NCBI GenBank assembly: GCA_965112155.1
Contig: OZ218101.1
Source of the DNA: Podarcis liolepis
Taxonomy: Eukaryota
Length of the DNA stretch: 64,000 nt
Direction: 5' to 3' (one strand)
Shown here: in pieces, positions 26,830 through 40,177 of the stretch
Numbering within the stretch: the stretch's first letter is position 1
How the letters are laid out: the number at the start of each line of letters is the position of its first letter
Notes under the pieces: generated by a model
Databases searched by the model: none
What the model was told of the DNA's origin: nothing
The model's input: the letters and a program-made list of their open reading frames with translations, nothing else
Program-made: the position numbers and the translations under genes

Positions 26830-26912
26830 GAACCTGCTTTCCAGGTCATGTGGCCTGCATGACTAAACCGCTTCTGGCGCAATGAGACACTGTGACAGAA
26901 GCCAGAGCACAC
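26830..26912 (-). mobile_element. Sauria SINE internal fragment
   Basis: GTCATGTGGCCTGCATGACTAAACCGCTTCT...CCAGAGCA matches the reverse complement of the 46249 copy. Confidence 0.6.
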
Positions 26913-26959
26913 TGTTAGCAACAACTCAACACATTATATATATAATCTTACATGCATCA

Positions 26960-26991
<32 letters not shown>

Positions 26992-28342
26992 ATATATGAT
27001 GCATGTAAGATTAGACCGTATTGCACTTTAAGGAATGCTGTTATGTAGCACTGTTTTAAAGCATTTTAACCACTGTAACCGGTGCCAAATAGCAGACTGC
27101 TTCAGTTTGTGTTATAAATAAGGACACTATATAGAAAACCTTTCTTGTCTGGAGTAACCCAGTGGCAACAATCCAGAGGAAGGAACAGTAAATTAAGCCT
27201 CTCTCCACATTCCTATACACATACATTCAGATTATGTAACTGATGGGCAGATTGTGTGTTACAATATGATGCCTGTTGTGGCAGGAACCAGACTTTTGAT
27301 TCTGAATACCTGGTTGTCACAGGCAATGATTTAATGCAAGAAAACGTCACTAGTTCACTGGCTTGTCTGAGAGTCTAGTATAATATATGGCAGGCTCTGC
27401 CCTGTGGTTTTCTTAGGGTTCTTTTGTTTGTTTGGCTATTCTTTGACTATTAATTGCACAAACATTTTGCATCTTAGGTAACCATATTTCCTTTCTTGGA
27501 ATCATTCCTGAAAAGGTGATAATAAACATCAGCTTGCAACTATTCAGGATGTTATATATGCATACTATTCCTGTACATTCCCCAAGAGCTTTTTAAACAG
27601 AAGGAAGAAGTCTCCAACATCAGTAAGTAAATACACACATTAGTTGTTCCCTTGGCTCATGATTTGGTACCAAAGAATGTATAAGCACTTCCCACATTAA
27701 CTCTAGAAGGCACAGAAACACACAATCAAATCCTAAGGAGATCCTGGAAATATTAGCATTTCTGAGAGATGTAGAAAGTTCTAAGCAATGTATGAAATTT
27801 TACTCTGCTGTAAGTGAATGCCTTAAAACATCCCATGAAGTCAGGATTGCATGAGAGTCTTACACTTATAACATCTACATCTTAATACACAGGTGTGTGC
27901 ATTTGTTTTCCAAAAAGAATATGGTAAGAATCCCTGAGCAGTTCCTTTCCAACAATCTCTTTCATATTCTACCTTCCAGTTTCCATAGAACTATGTGGCA
28001 CTTTTCAAGCCCCAAAGCAGCATTAATGGAATCTTAAATGTTTTGTTAATGCTTTTCCTCCCCATATTCTTCCCCTTTTCTACTGTTTACCCTCTCCTCA
28101 CTATAGCTGACTTAAATGCCTGTTTTAAATTCTGTCTTTTTTCACAGTTAAAAGCACACTACTCATGCTTTAAAAATGAACACTTTCACACTTTCAATTA
28201 GCATGTATAAATTATGTTATGTACAATGCTTTCGGTTGAAAAAATGTTTTAAGTGTTTTAAAAGCTTCCCATATAAACAGTAAAACGGCAAATCTTAATC
28301 AATGTTTATTAAATACCAAAACCTTACAGTACACCAAGTACA

Positions 28343-28358
28343 CCACTAGATGGCACTA
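28343..28358 (+). promoter_or_regulatory. CTCF-like site
   Basis: CCACTAGATGGCACTA matches the CTCF core CCASYAGRKGGCRS. Confidence 0.45.
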
Positions 28359-28673
28359 CATATAATGCAGCCACATCAAATTATCACTAAATGCATAAAT
28401 TGATTTTATTTTGTATCAAGCAACTATTACGACATCTGCTTAAAACAGGACATTGCATAGCAGCATGAGAGAGGCAGAATTATTCCGATTTATATAAATA
28501 TACCAATGTTGAATTCACATGAGTTTATACAGGTTCTTTGGTTAACACAATTATTTAAATCAATTATTTATAGCCACCTGCTTGAAGATATGCTGTGCTT
28601 TCAAATAACGTGATAAGAAGGTGTCAAACTCAGGTGTCTACTCAATTTATCAACACCACAACATAGTTAACTT

Positions 28674-28890
28674 CAGTGGTATCTCGGGTTACAGACTCTG
28701 CTAACCCAGAAATAGTACCTCGGGTTAAGAACTTTGCTTCAGGATGAGAACAGAAATTGTGCTCTGGCGGCGCAGCGGCAGCGGGAGGCCCCATTAGCTA
28801 AAATGGTACTTCAGGATAAGAACAGTTTCAGGTTACGAATTAAGTACTTAACCCGAGAACGAATTAAGTACTTAACCTGAGGTACCACTG
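28674..28890. mobile_element. Tc1/mariner-superfamily MITE, CAGTGGTACCTCGGGTTA family
   Basis: TIRs CAGTGGTATCTCGGGTTA and TAACCTGAGGTACCACTG|TA. Homologous to the copies at 36109, 62931 and 63203. Confidence 0.9.
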
Positions 28891-31800
28891 TACTGCAATC
28901 TCCTTTTAAATGACATTTGTCTAACTTTCACTCTCATGCTTGAATATTCACCACTAGTATTCAAAAAAAAAAAAAGAAGTCCCCTACCAGGCTTTGCTGG
29001 AACTGCAAAGCAGCTTAACCTAAACAGCATACATTTAATTTGACTAATCACTACACCATTACTTTCTAACCTTTGGTACAAAATTGTAAATATAAGCAAT
29101 ATATTTAGTGTAACTATAAATTACTCCCCAAACCTCCTTATATATTGTATCATTCCTATGGAAACAGAACCTCAGAGATTAAAGTGTATGCACACATTTG
29201 TATAGATTCTGAAGGTAAAACATTGTTGCTGCAACAAGTTTGTTCGCCAAGTAGAAAAGGCTTAATCATCCCCTATTTTCATTGTTAAATTTCTGTTCCT
29301 TCTCACCTATTACTAGCACAGCTCAAGTACATAAACATGAAATTTCCTGTTTATACTTGTGCTATAACTGAATGAATCCTGCAGATATCCCTGATATGCA
29401 CCAACCTGCCAGGAATTTTCCCTAAAAAGGCATAAAGTGAGGCGGGGAGGGGGCAAAAAGAGAGAAACTTACTGTGTTTGACAGAAGACCAATTTTTGCT
29501 CTCTTACATCAAACCAACCACCTGAACTTTACTTGCTCCCAAACATGTGCTATGGTTTCAAAATTTATAACATTTCCCCCAAAATCCTCAAAAACTTTTT
29601 CAAAAGGCCTTAATCACTGCTTTGAGGTAGCAGAACCGCTTAATTAGGGAAGCAATCATGGTTTACACGGATGCACACATAAACACACACATGCTTTTCA
29701 TCCCCTTCCTTGGTATTTAATATAGATAAAACAAGGCACAATACATTGGGAAGTTCCAAATGAACTGAAGCTGTGTAACAGCATCTATTTTTAAATTATA
29801 CCTTTAGCATGCACTTACCCAATGTCCATCTTTGTGGGTGCTACCCTTTGTCATTGCCACCAGCAGATGGTGACCTAAAAGATAGTATGGGCTATATATG
29901 CCCTTAGGTAGCAACATGTTCTATGTATTGCATATGGGGGGGGGGGCAAACATTCTTCCAGTCCCAGAGCCCTATAAACAGCAGCTTGTTTCCTCTTCCT
30001 TCTCTTCAACTACAGAAGCAGACAATAACCCTGTCCCTCAAAGCTGAGGTACACTTTCTGATTTCTCTGATGAACTATTCCTTAGGCAAAACACACACAA
30101 CATAATCAATGGGTCCATGGAGATAACTTACGAGGAAATCACAGCTACCATTCAAATTGAACCACCACCTGAAAATGACATGTACCATATGAAATACTTG
30201 GGTATTCTAACTAGTTTGCATCTAGTTTTCCAGTGCAGAATACCCACACCTTACAATTCAACATACTTTGAACGTTGATTATTAAAACATGAATCATGTA
30301 GACATACCTTAGAATAGGTCAGGCTCAGATGAACTTGTAAAATACATAACCTCCAGTAGCAAAACCTGTAACCTCAAGTTGCAAATCCCTTTTTTTTCCA
30401 CTTCCTATGCCACACTGGACTACATGACAGTGGCTCCCCAAGCTTTTACTTTGGAAATCCACAAACAGAATGTAATCTTTGTTGAGGGCCAATCCTCTGT
30501 CCTGGTCCCACCCTCTGACTCAGATGGTGTTCTTTGTCTCCAGCATCCACTGCTGGAAGTCTGGTGATTGACTCATGAGAGGATGTTGACTTACCATTTG
30601 GGAAATCACCACCACATCATTAAAACAGCTACAACCATTTCTTGATAGAGGCAGACAACTTCCCTGAAACATGCCTCACTTTCCCCTTCAAACAGCTTTC
30701 TTCCTATGACAGGTGACTACATGGAACAAGACCTTGGGAAAACAGGGGGGGGGGGGGCATGGGTCCCTGCACTGATCTCTGCAGCCACCATAACAATCAA
30801 TTTTAAAAGGTATGAAGTATCATGTGACTACAGTGTGCAGTAGAATCAATCTATACCAAATGCCTCAACAGTCTTTACACAGGTGAGGCTAGGAAACCTA
30901 GTTTCTGGGCACTGAATGTGGCCCTCCAAGACTCTTCCTCTGCCCTTGTTCAGCAGCCTCCTTAAGTGTGGTTGGAATGTGTATTTCCACTCTGATAATA
31001 ATGATGCTTGCTTGTCTGGAGAGGATAGAGAGGGGGGATGTACAAACTAGCCTACTGTATGAAGGCAAAATTTGTGCTCCATCTACTTTTTCATTTCACT
31101 CCACACACTGTCACGTGACCCTTGCAAGGTTGCTCAGAAGGGAATATGGCCACTAGGATGGAAATGATTCCCTACCCTCAATATAAATTAAACAAAGCAA
31201 GATGGCAAATGAATGAAGTTTACAGACTAAAAAACAGGCTATCAGAGAACTCCTAATGTTGTCCCTTGTTTTTTAGGAACACCTTTCAAAATAGGCCAAA
31301 ATGCATAACACTTTTGCAGTTAAGAAAATAGATTAAATGCCTCTTTATGGTTAGAAAATTCTTGTAGAACATCTGTGTGGAATCTTGCCTTCAGATTGTT
31401 CCTCAAAACCCATCTTCTACATTAAGCCTTTGGCGCAATCTTCTAGTACTCAACCCCTACTGAATATAAACTTAATTACACATGGCTGAACTAACTGCAC
31501 ATTCCCATTTACCCTCTTTATTTCTCCCCTCCTTACACTGCCCATGGCAACCATTTTGTGCTGACACTCATGACACTTTTATCAAAATATGGGTACTGGC
31601 ACCTCATTTGTTTTTGAGGCAGATTCTACAGCAAAAGCTTGTTTCCTTTTTTCTACCTAAATAATAGCCCTCTGAGGTTCATTAACATAGGGCAAGCTTC
31701 ATCAACTTGCACTTAGTGTCTCCACACAGAGTGGAGTTGCAGAAGGGTGAGGAAGAGCTCTGCTGAGTAAATCCAGGAAGTATTCCCAGAAGAATATTCA

Positions 31801-32534
31801 GCACTGTGCTGCAGAAAGGAAAGTCACTTTGTATGTCCATCTTTTGATGTGACAAAACCATAGTACGGTGGGCACCTGCATTTATTACTTTATTCTCAAA
31901 CTTAAAACAAACATCGTAGTAAGCGACAAGATAACCTACTTCACCACCCAACTTCTCTTTTTAAAAGGGGTAAGAAAAATTCGAATAAATAAATAGCATT
32001 GTTACAAGTTTTTAATTTTCCAGTTTGGAATATTTTCATCCTCAGCATAGGCAACTGGCCCTGAAAACACAATTGATAAAAGCATCTTGCTAAAATGAGT
32101 CACAGCTCTGTCTTGGGATTTTTTTTTTTAAGGTGTCCTATTTCTTTGACTCATACTTTCATTCCTGGGAATTCCCCTTCAAACATTAATTTTTGAAACA
32201 GTTGCAGTACCACAAATAATTTTATGACAAACGAAAGAAGCATTCAACACCACCTATGAAAACCTCAAACCTATATTTATAAACCGAACTCTTCCAATAA
32301 ATCATTTACAAACACGACAGACAAAACAGATTTAGAAAAATCCAAGGTGTTTTCTAGTCTACCAAAACAAGATACAAGTGGAACATGCAACAGTGTTTGA
32401 AGAAGATGCTTCATACAGTTGTCACATGGCAATGACTACAGATTATGGTTATGATTATGATTATTATTATTTTCTTAAGTCACTGATGAAAGTCTTTCAT
32501 GCAACATACTGTAAAGGAAGGCAATTTCACTTAC

Positions 32535-32901
32535 CTGTGATCTAAGGTATTTTCCTCCCATGAGCTGGATGATATCAGTTGATCACCTGACTAGTTTGAG
32601 GGAAGGAAGTCAGCTGACCATCTTTTCAGGCTGTCTTAAGCTTTAATACTTCATAGTACTTTGTCATGTGAGTCAGGACAGAACCAGCTGTCACTGCTTG
32701 GGAGGGAGGGGGGAAATGGGCCCCTCTGTTCCCACCCTCTTCCTCCTCCTTCTCTCTTTCTCCTACCCCGCCCCCATCCTCATTCCCTGATCCATTCTTC
32801 CAACTTTTCACTCGTTCACAGCTTGCATGGCTGGGGTCTCTCTCTTTTTCTCTCTCAGCCAAATTCCAGAACATACAAGCATTTCTCTGCATCTTCAGGT
32901 T

Positions 32902-32938
<37 letters not shown>

Positions 32939-33450
32939 CAGCACCACCGCCACCAGGAAATCAGAGAAAAGGAGAAAAGGCACCACATTCCACAACTCTC
33001 AGTCAGCCCTGGCAAGCTATGAGGCATTTTCAGTCACACAGTACAAAATGCATTAGTCAGAGCTGAAAGACCACACACTTTGTACCACTACCATGCGCTC
33101 AGAGAGTGGTCTGAGCTAAGCTATGGGGGGGGGAGAGGGGGGAGCAGCTTCCTGTGCCCTTGTCATTTTACCTACATTTCCCTGTTTAGGAAAAAGACAT
33201 TCAGCAGAAAAAGGCAACAGCTGGAGTCCACTGTAAACGCATCTGCTTAATGTTGAGACGTCTCAGCCGCCCTATTCAGATGTCACGTCCTTTACGTAAA
33301 CACCCCCCCAACAAGCAGAATGTATTGTTCCGAAGAACTGCAAGACATTATTGAAATCACAACTCCTATCTCCCCGATGTTTCGTACTTTAGGAAGCCGA
33401 GGAAACAAAAGTGGAAGCAATGCTACGTGGTTCAGATTTTCCGAAACCAC
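32535..33450 (-). promoter_or_regulatory. Candidate alternative promoter and first exon (ends MGGKYLRSQ | GTAAGT)
   Basis: Perfect donor CAG|GTAAGT at 32535 and ATG at 32561. Upstream are AP-1 TGAGTCA (32669-32675) overlapping TCATGTGA, CAGCTG E-boxes, palindromes TGAGACGTCTCA (33254-33265) and TTTACGTAAA (33291-33300), and local CpG retention. Confidence 0.5.
32905..32936. repeat. (CA)n microsatellite
   Basis: Direct inspection. Confidence 0.95.
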
Positions 33451-33496
33451 ATATATTTTCAGTCCTATTCTTTGCCTTGTTAACTTGTATCCATAA

Positions 33497-33499
<3 letters not shown>

Positions 33500-33536
<37 letters not shown>
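33500..33536. repeat. (TA)n microsatellite
   Basis: Direct inspection. Confidence 0.95.
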
Positions 33537-33540
<4 letters not shown>

Positions 33541-34846
33541 ATCTAAAAACATTTATGACGTTTTCTGGGATTTCTGAGACAAGTTCTCTCCCCACCCCTT
33601 CAGAAACTCTGACCAGAAGAGAGACTTCAGTATAAAGCAGGAAAATGAAAAGAAAATGCAACATTCCTGATCCAAATGATCTAATCGTTCATCCATCTGC
33701 TCTCTGCTTTGCCCCCCTCCTCTTGCTTCCCCTTATCTGTTGCCTGAAGGCAAGTTAGTGCTTCGCATACCAGTTCAGAAGGAAATCAAATGCCACTTTG
33801 AAAATCACACTCTTGGGGAGAAAACCAAGCACATGCAGTTGTCTGTTAAGAGAAATACTTGCACACAGCCCAGACTTGGGATCCCCGTTCTGCAAGGGGA
33901 CTGTCCCTAGTGGACTCAGTTACTGTCACTGGCTTTTTAAAAACGAGGAGGAGGAAAGTACCATTTGCACTAGGATTTTTCTTTTCTTTTCTTAAGAAAG
34001 AACAGGTTTTTAGGACTGAAAACCTGATACCATGCATAAGAAAGAAACTTTTTTTTTCTCATTTCTGCATGCTTACAACAGGTAAGGGTTCTGCAAGCAA
34101 TTTTTTTAAAAATGAAAAAAGCATATGAGATATGAATAGAAATATTTCCCACATTTCTATATCACATAGTTTCATACATGATAATGTAAGCACTCACAAC
34201 TGACAAAAGACAGAAACTAGTTTTCTTAAATATACCCTGGAGAAGTAAAGTGATGACAGGGTGAAATCCTGTACCTGTCTACTTTGAAGTAAGACCTACT
34301 AAGTTCAATAGGATTTAGTGCCAGGTAAAGGGATATAGGATTGCAGTCTAAAGCTACTCATTTGGCCCATCACAGCAATAACTCTTTGTTTTGCTAATTT
34401 ATTTTCCTAACAAAGAATCAAGGAGAGGGAGTTAGAATAGTGTGATTCTCCAGCAATCACGAAAAACTAGCATCTTTATTTACTTCCAAAACCAGTAGTA
34501 GCTGCTGCTATGTAGCTTTTTAGCAAAGGAAAGCTATTGCAGAAGCAGCTCTGGTACTGAATAATGTCAGCATTATAATAAAAGCAGCCTGATGAATAAT
34601 TCATGGAGCAAGGAAGTACCCTAGCATTAAATGGCAATAGATAAAACGGATCTTTCACTCCCCAATTCTGCTAAATATTTAAGTGGAACACTGAAGTCAT
34701 GCAAACTAAGTACGATGGGAAAACATTTTGGATCATTTTGTATGATCCATTCTTTGAGTAATATTTGAAAGAATGGGAAGTAAAAGTAGAAGACAGGAAC
34801 TGCAGTTGCCATGGCCAAGGCTCCATACATGGAATCCCTAACCAGT

Positions 34847-35093
34847 AGAAGAAGAAGAGTTTGGATTTGATATCCCGCCTTTCACTCCCTTTAAGGAGTC
34901 TCAAAGCGGCTAACATTCTCCTTTCCCTTCCTCCCCCACAACAAACACTCTGTGAGGTGAGTGGGGCTGAGAGACTTCACAGAAGTGTGACTGGCCCAAG
35001 GTCACCCAGCAGCTGCATGTGGAGGAGCGGAGACGCGAACCCGGTTCCCCAGATTACGAGTCTATTGCTCTTAACCACTACACCACACTGGCT
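34847..35093 (-). mobile_element. Squam3-like tRNA-derived SINE
   Basis: Near-identical reverse complement of 26345-26586, with a (GAA)n tail on the plus strand. Confidence 0.85.
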
Positions 35094-36108
35094 TTGCTCA
35101 TCTAAACTTTGCAACTGAAATAGGAGGAATGCACACAATATTAAAACAGCTATTAGGCTACATAATAGATATACAGACATAGGACTCATCCTGTGACAGA
35201 CTCAGATGCCAACTGTGTTCCATTTCTACTCCGGAAGCACCATTATAGGAGCTAAAAAATATCATTCACAACATCAGGGATCAACTCATTCATCTCTTCA
35301 CCTTTCAATGTTATAAATGCCTACGGTTATCTTCCCAGATCTATGACCTACAGTTAGTCTTCAATCTTAAATTTGAGAGCTTTAGTAGCTGTGTTGACCA
35401 ACACTACCTGAACAGGAATGTGAAACCCATTCAGCTTCCAAGTATCTGCTGCTGGGCTAGAGACAATTGAGAGTAAACTGTAAAAACCACCCAAGCTCTA
35501 TAGATCAAATAAATTCTTAAGAGCAGATGGAAGAGAAGCAAAGTACTACTACTTCTCTTTAATACAGAAAATGCAGGCTATTTGCCTCCCCTAGACAAAT
35601 GTTTCTTGTCAAAGTGTGCATGGTCTAATGTGACCTAAATACTGAATAGCAATATGTCAGATAATAATAAAAACTCCAGACATTTTTGGGGGAGTGGGGA
35701 GTCAACAACTTCCACATAAGAGATCCCCAACTTCCTACAATTTCTTTGGAATGATAATTTTCAGCATCTTCTCTAAGAGCAAACCATATTGGCTCAGTTG
35801 AGCTCTGTCCACAGACTTGCACTATTATATCCCACCTACCTTTCAGCTTTTAGAACTGCATTTTTCAAGTTGTTCAGGTTCAGGTGACACCATATCTATT
35901 TGTTTTGCCCACCAGAGGGTAACACCGGATGAACTGAAACCCTCCTTCCACTAAAATGTTACTGGGTTTTTTAAACATTTGCTTTTGTTTTCTTAGGATA
36001 CCTTGATTGATTACAATAACTCCCTGTTCTGAATTTCATCTAATCAAAAATTCTAGGTGAGTCACTTCCGCCCAAAGTATGACATGAGCCTAACTGTGCT
36101 CCCCAGTA

Positions 36109-36505
36109 CAGTGGTACCTCGGGTTACAGACACTTCAGGTTACAGACTCCGCTAATGCAGAAATAGTACCTCGGGTTAAGAACTTTGCTTCAAGATGAGA
36201 ACAGAAATCGCACAGCGGCGGCACGGCAGCAGCAGGAGGTCCCATTAGCTAAAGTGGTACCTCAGGTTAAGAACAGTTTCAGGTTAAGAACGGACCTCCA
36301 GAACAAATTACTGTATTTTTCACTCTATAACACGCACCCGACCATAACACGCACATAGTTTGTAGAGGAGGAAAATCCGTAGGCATGCCACCAGTAGGCA
36401 TTCCCTCCATAACACGCACAGACATTTCCCCATACTTTCTAGGAGGAAAAAAGTGAGTGTTATGGTGCAAAAAATACGGTAAGTTCTTAACCCGAGTTAC
36501 CACTG
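36109..36505. mobile_element. CAGTGGTACCTC-family MITE carrying a nested insertion
   Basis: TA|CAGTGGTACCTCGGGTTA ... TTAACCCGAGTTACCACTG, interrupted at an internal TA (36309-36310). Confidence 0.9.
36311..36479. mobile_element. Nested Tc2-like (TcMar) MITE
   Basis: TA|CTGTATTTTTCACTCTATAACAC ... GTGTTATGGTGCAAAAAATACGG|TA, with the TA duplicated. Confidence 0.85.
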
Positions 36506-36519
36506 CAACTGGTATTCAT

Positions 36520-36650
36520 AGGCATCCCTGCCTCTGGTCCTGGAGATAATATAGCCATCCTAGATAGTAACCATTCACTATGTAATTCCGCACAAATCTG
36601 TCTAACCGCCTTATAAAGCCATCCTAGTGGATGGCTATCACTACATCTTT
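36520..36650 (-). mobile_element. CR1 LINE 3' region remnant
   Basis: ATAGCCATC...AATCTGTCTAACCGCCTT..AAAGCCATCC...GGCTATCACTACATCT is typical of the antisense CR1 3' end. Confidence 0.5.
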
Positions 36651-38632
36651 TTTTGTAATAATAATAAATATAAATAAAAATGTGCATCCCACCCCCAAGA
36701 CCAGTCCATTGTAACTATCCAACCTCCCAAAATTTCCATGCCTCTTGCGATGGTTTGACCCCTTTCTGTTTTGACAGTACTGTACAAATTATACAAACAC
36801 CTTCCATAGATTCTCAAAATCATTTCTCCTGCATATTCCCCACCTTATTATAATAGCACGTGTTTATACCATTCTTCCATTTTATAGTCACCTTGCCCCT
36901 CCCACTTCCTAGCTATAACAACTCGTGCAGCTGTCAATAAATTTGTAATCAAGTCCTTGATAGCCTTACATCATTACATCTTAAGGACAATGTTACCTCG
37001 ATATCAGAAAACAAATGTAAGTACCCAACATGTAGGCAAGGGCAAAAGTTGGCAACCTCCTAGATGTTGCATTAGTGTGAGAAGCACAGAATTAGTTACT
37101 CTGAAAGCCACTGCCCTCCTCTCATATCCCGAGAGCGATAGCCACTGAGCAGTCCCCCATAGCCAAAACACATCATACAAGTAATGTTTGTGGTTTTTAA
37201 TGACAATAATTTTAATAATAACAACAAAGAAATGTAGATATGATCGTGGTTCTTGGAAACAGAATGCACTCCTATTTCTCAATAAAAATTAGAAAACCTT
37301 TTGACATTGTTTTTGTGTAATAAGTAAAAGCAAACATGCTGCTGCCGAGAGTTATGCTCTAACTGCCAGGCTCCCCAGATGCATATTTAACTTTCACACT
37401 TTATGCCAGTGATTTCCACAGCAATCATGCAACATTTCCTACAGCACTCATAATGTATACTACTGCCCTTAATCATCATTGGTTTCTGCAAAATCCACCA
37501 CTAGGTATTTTTCAATGATCCTTGCTGTGTTATCACTCTCTCCTTCAAAAGAAAGTATTTTGTAACCATAGCAATAGTTCCCCACCCTAATATTATTTCC
37601 CACTGCTTGTGCTAGATTTTTGCACTTAGCAACCACAGCAGCCCTTGTTCTAAACTGCTAATATCTCCAACATTTAGAAGCTCTTTAACAAAATAATTCT
37701 TATCTCTAAACACTGCTTTATGCTTTCAAACAAATCTAATAAGCAACCTATATCGAGAATGAATTCAGCATTTATGTTATAAAATGTGATGTTTCAAAAA
37801 ATATGTTACACCTGTTTTTATCTTTTTCATATCCATGTGGCTTCCTACAAGACTCTATCCCATATTTTGTTAAAGGTGATGGATTCCAAATACTGAAATT
37901 TGTAGATCAATACATTATCATTACACTTATTTTAGAGGGTCCAAAAGTTTACATTTAATGTCATTTCTTCTCTCACTCTTGCCTTGTTCAGGATTCCAAG
38001 AACTTAGAATTTCAAGTTCAGTCTAACCCAGCAGCACAAATGGAATAAATATTTTTAGTAGCCCAGATTTTCCAGCACCATCATGCCCTGAGAACTATCA
38101 ACACTTTTCACCGCCAGATAGTTCGCTGTTTTCAGCTGCAAAACAACCCACATTCCACAAACCACCTGCTCCTCTGAATTTATCTCAAGGCCCCCAAGTC
38201 TGTAATGCAAAGTTTCCCTTCTCAAGCAGCATTTCAGCCACAAGGATAAGAGACAAGAGCTCCATATATTTTCCTCTATAAATGGAGAAGAAGGTGGGAT
38301 AATGCAATATTGACTGCGGAAATGTCCCAGGGGGAAAGGCTTAAGCACCTTCTTCCCTTTCTGGCTGGATTTGCAGTTTTTGCTGCTGTTGTTCTGTTGT
38401 TGTTTTTTAAAAAAAGGTGGGAGGCAGACAACTTCACCCTTAGACAAGTGCTCTGAGAAACTGAAGGACACTTTATCTAACATACAGAGGAGAAAGTAGG
38501 AGATCGCTAGTCCCACTATGCTATAACACAAAGCATTCTAAAATCTTGGGGGGGGGACACCCCAAAGGCAAATATTCTTGCCCATCTCTCTCCCTGTTCT
38601 ACAGAGTTTAGTCAAAAATCAGAATCACTCAC

Positions 38633-38720
38633 CTCTCGTCGAAAATACGACAGTTCAAGCTATTTGTACTACTTAAAACTGCTGTATAAATCCAGCTGCA
38701 ACCTGGATTTCTGGGATTGT
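38633..38720 (-). other. Candidate non-coding 5' exon end
   Basis: Donor GAG|GTGAGT preceded by CpG-retaining TGTCGTATTTTCGACGA. The 5' boundary is unknown. Confidence 0.3.
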
Positions 38721-39544
38721 GCACACATTTTAATAGTTTCCTATAAAATCCATACATAACAGTAACTGTATTATATTATACACTTTAGTCTCTTAGATAT
38801 CATACACATTATTGAACAAATGCACCCTTGTTATGTATGCTAATACTAAATGCAAGGAATTTATTTAAAAACAGTTTTAGAAGGAAACATTCCACTCCAG
38901 CAAACGCTTTCTGACTGTTCACAAGTCAACATTCATTATTATTTTTCAGGAACTACACCGGCCCTATCTCCAGGTTTATAATGTGGGTAAAACGTAAGAT
39001 GCATTAGAGAGGAGAAGAGAAAAGAAAAGAAAGGAAAGGGGAAGGTTAGATGCCATATAATCTCAAAAACAAGTTTAGGGAACATTTTCCTTCAGCTACT
39101 AGCAACAGCATTCATAAATTCAGCTGAATGCAACACAGGGGGAAAAATTCACAAACTCTATCCCCCAATGCTCTTAACTAATGTAGAATTTTCCTCAAAA
39201 GATACTCATGTGGCTTTAACATTTTTTCTTTCATTTTATTAAAGATTTGCAGAAATTGAACTTTACAAACATGTAAGAGCTTTTTATTTGCCTGAGAATG
39301 CTAGTGAAATAATTCTTTATTTCCTTTATAAATGTCTCATAATTATCTACAGTTGAACCTCTAAAGTCGCTATTCTGGGGTGGGGAGAAGAGAGAATAGC
39401 TGACCCACGAGAAGCAAATTAAAACCTTACCATGGATGCTAATGAAACAGCATTCAGGCTCTGTTGCAGGAGGGTCTACAAGTTCAAATCACTTTGATTT
39501 TTATACTTTCTATTTACATTAGAAGCACATGCCGCTTTATAGAA

Positions 39545-40177
39545 GTGAGCCGTGGGCAGCTTACACTCACCAGGAGCGATGCCTCAATGCCTTCCATATG
39601 AGCTGCATCAGGAAGATTTTGGGCATCACATTTTGAGACTTTGTTTGGAGTCTCAAACAAAGATGTGCTCTCCAAAGCCCACATTCCCAGCATGTTCGCA
39701 CTCCTGTCTCAGCAACATCTATGCTGGCTTGGTCATGTACACAGAATGGAAGATGGCAGGATCCCCAAGGACACCCTCTACAGGGAGCTGGCTTCAGACA
39801 CTTGGTCTATTTGGCAGACCACCTCTGTGTTACAAAGATGTCTGCAAATGTGGCATGAAGGCTGGCAAAATTAACCCAACAGTCTGGGAACCCCTTGCAG
39901 ACGATCACAGTGCCTGGAGACAGTCAGGTTGTGTACCCACAGCAGTGACCAGAGGAGGAATGACCGCTGGGAGAAGGAACAGAGAGAAGGAACACCATGG
40001 TGCACCTGTAGCAGCAAAACCAGATGCCTTCATCTGCCCCAGGTGAAACAAAACATGTCTGTCCCACATCGGTCACTACAGCCACAGCAGTTGCTGTAAT
40101 TCTCCAATGGTTGACATTACCCCTTGAAGGCACACTCTTCCTTTAACTCCTGAGACAGACAGATGCCAACACGCAAC
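39545..40177 (+). mobile_element. RTE-clade LINE 3' fragment (frameshifted)
   Basis: Translation LNAFHMSCIRKILGI ... VLSKAHIPSMFALLSQQHLCWLGHVHRMEDGRIPKDTLY matches the RTE ORF C-terminal region. It ends GAGACAGACAGATGCCAAC. Confidence 0.85.

Noticed and set aside
38055-38531. 158-aa ORF
   Set aside because: It has a non-ATG start, runs through low-complexity tracts, and shows no recognisable homology.
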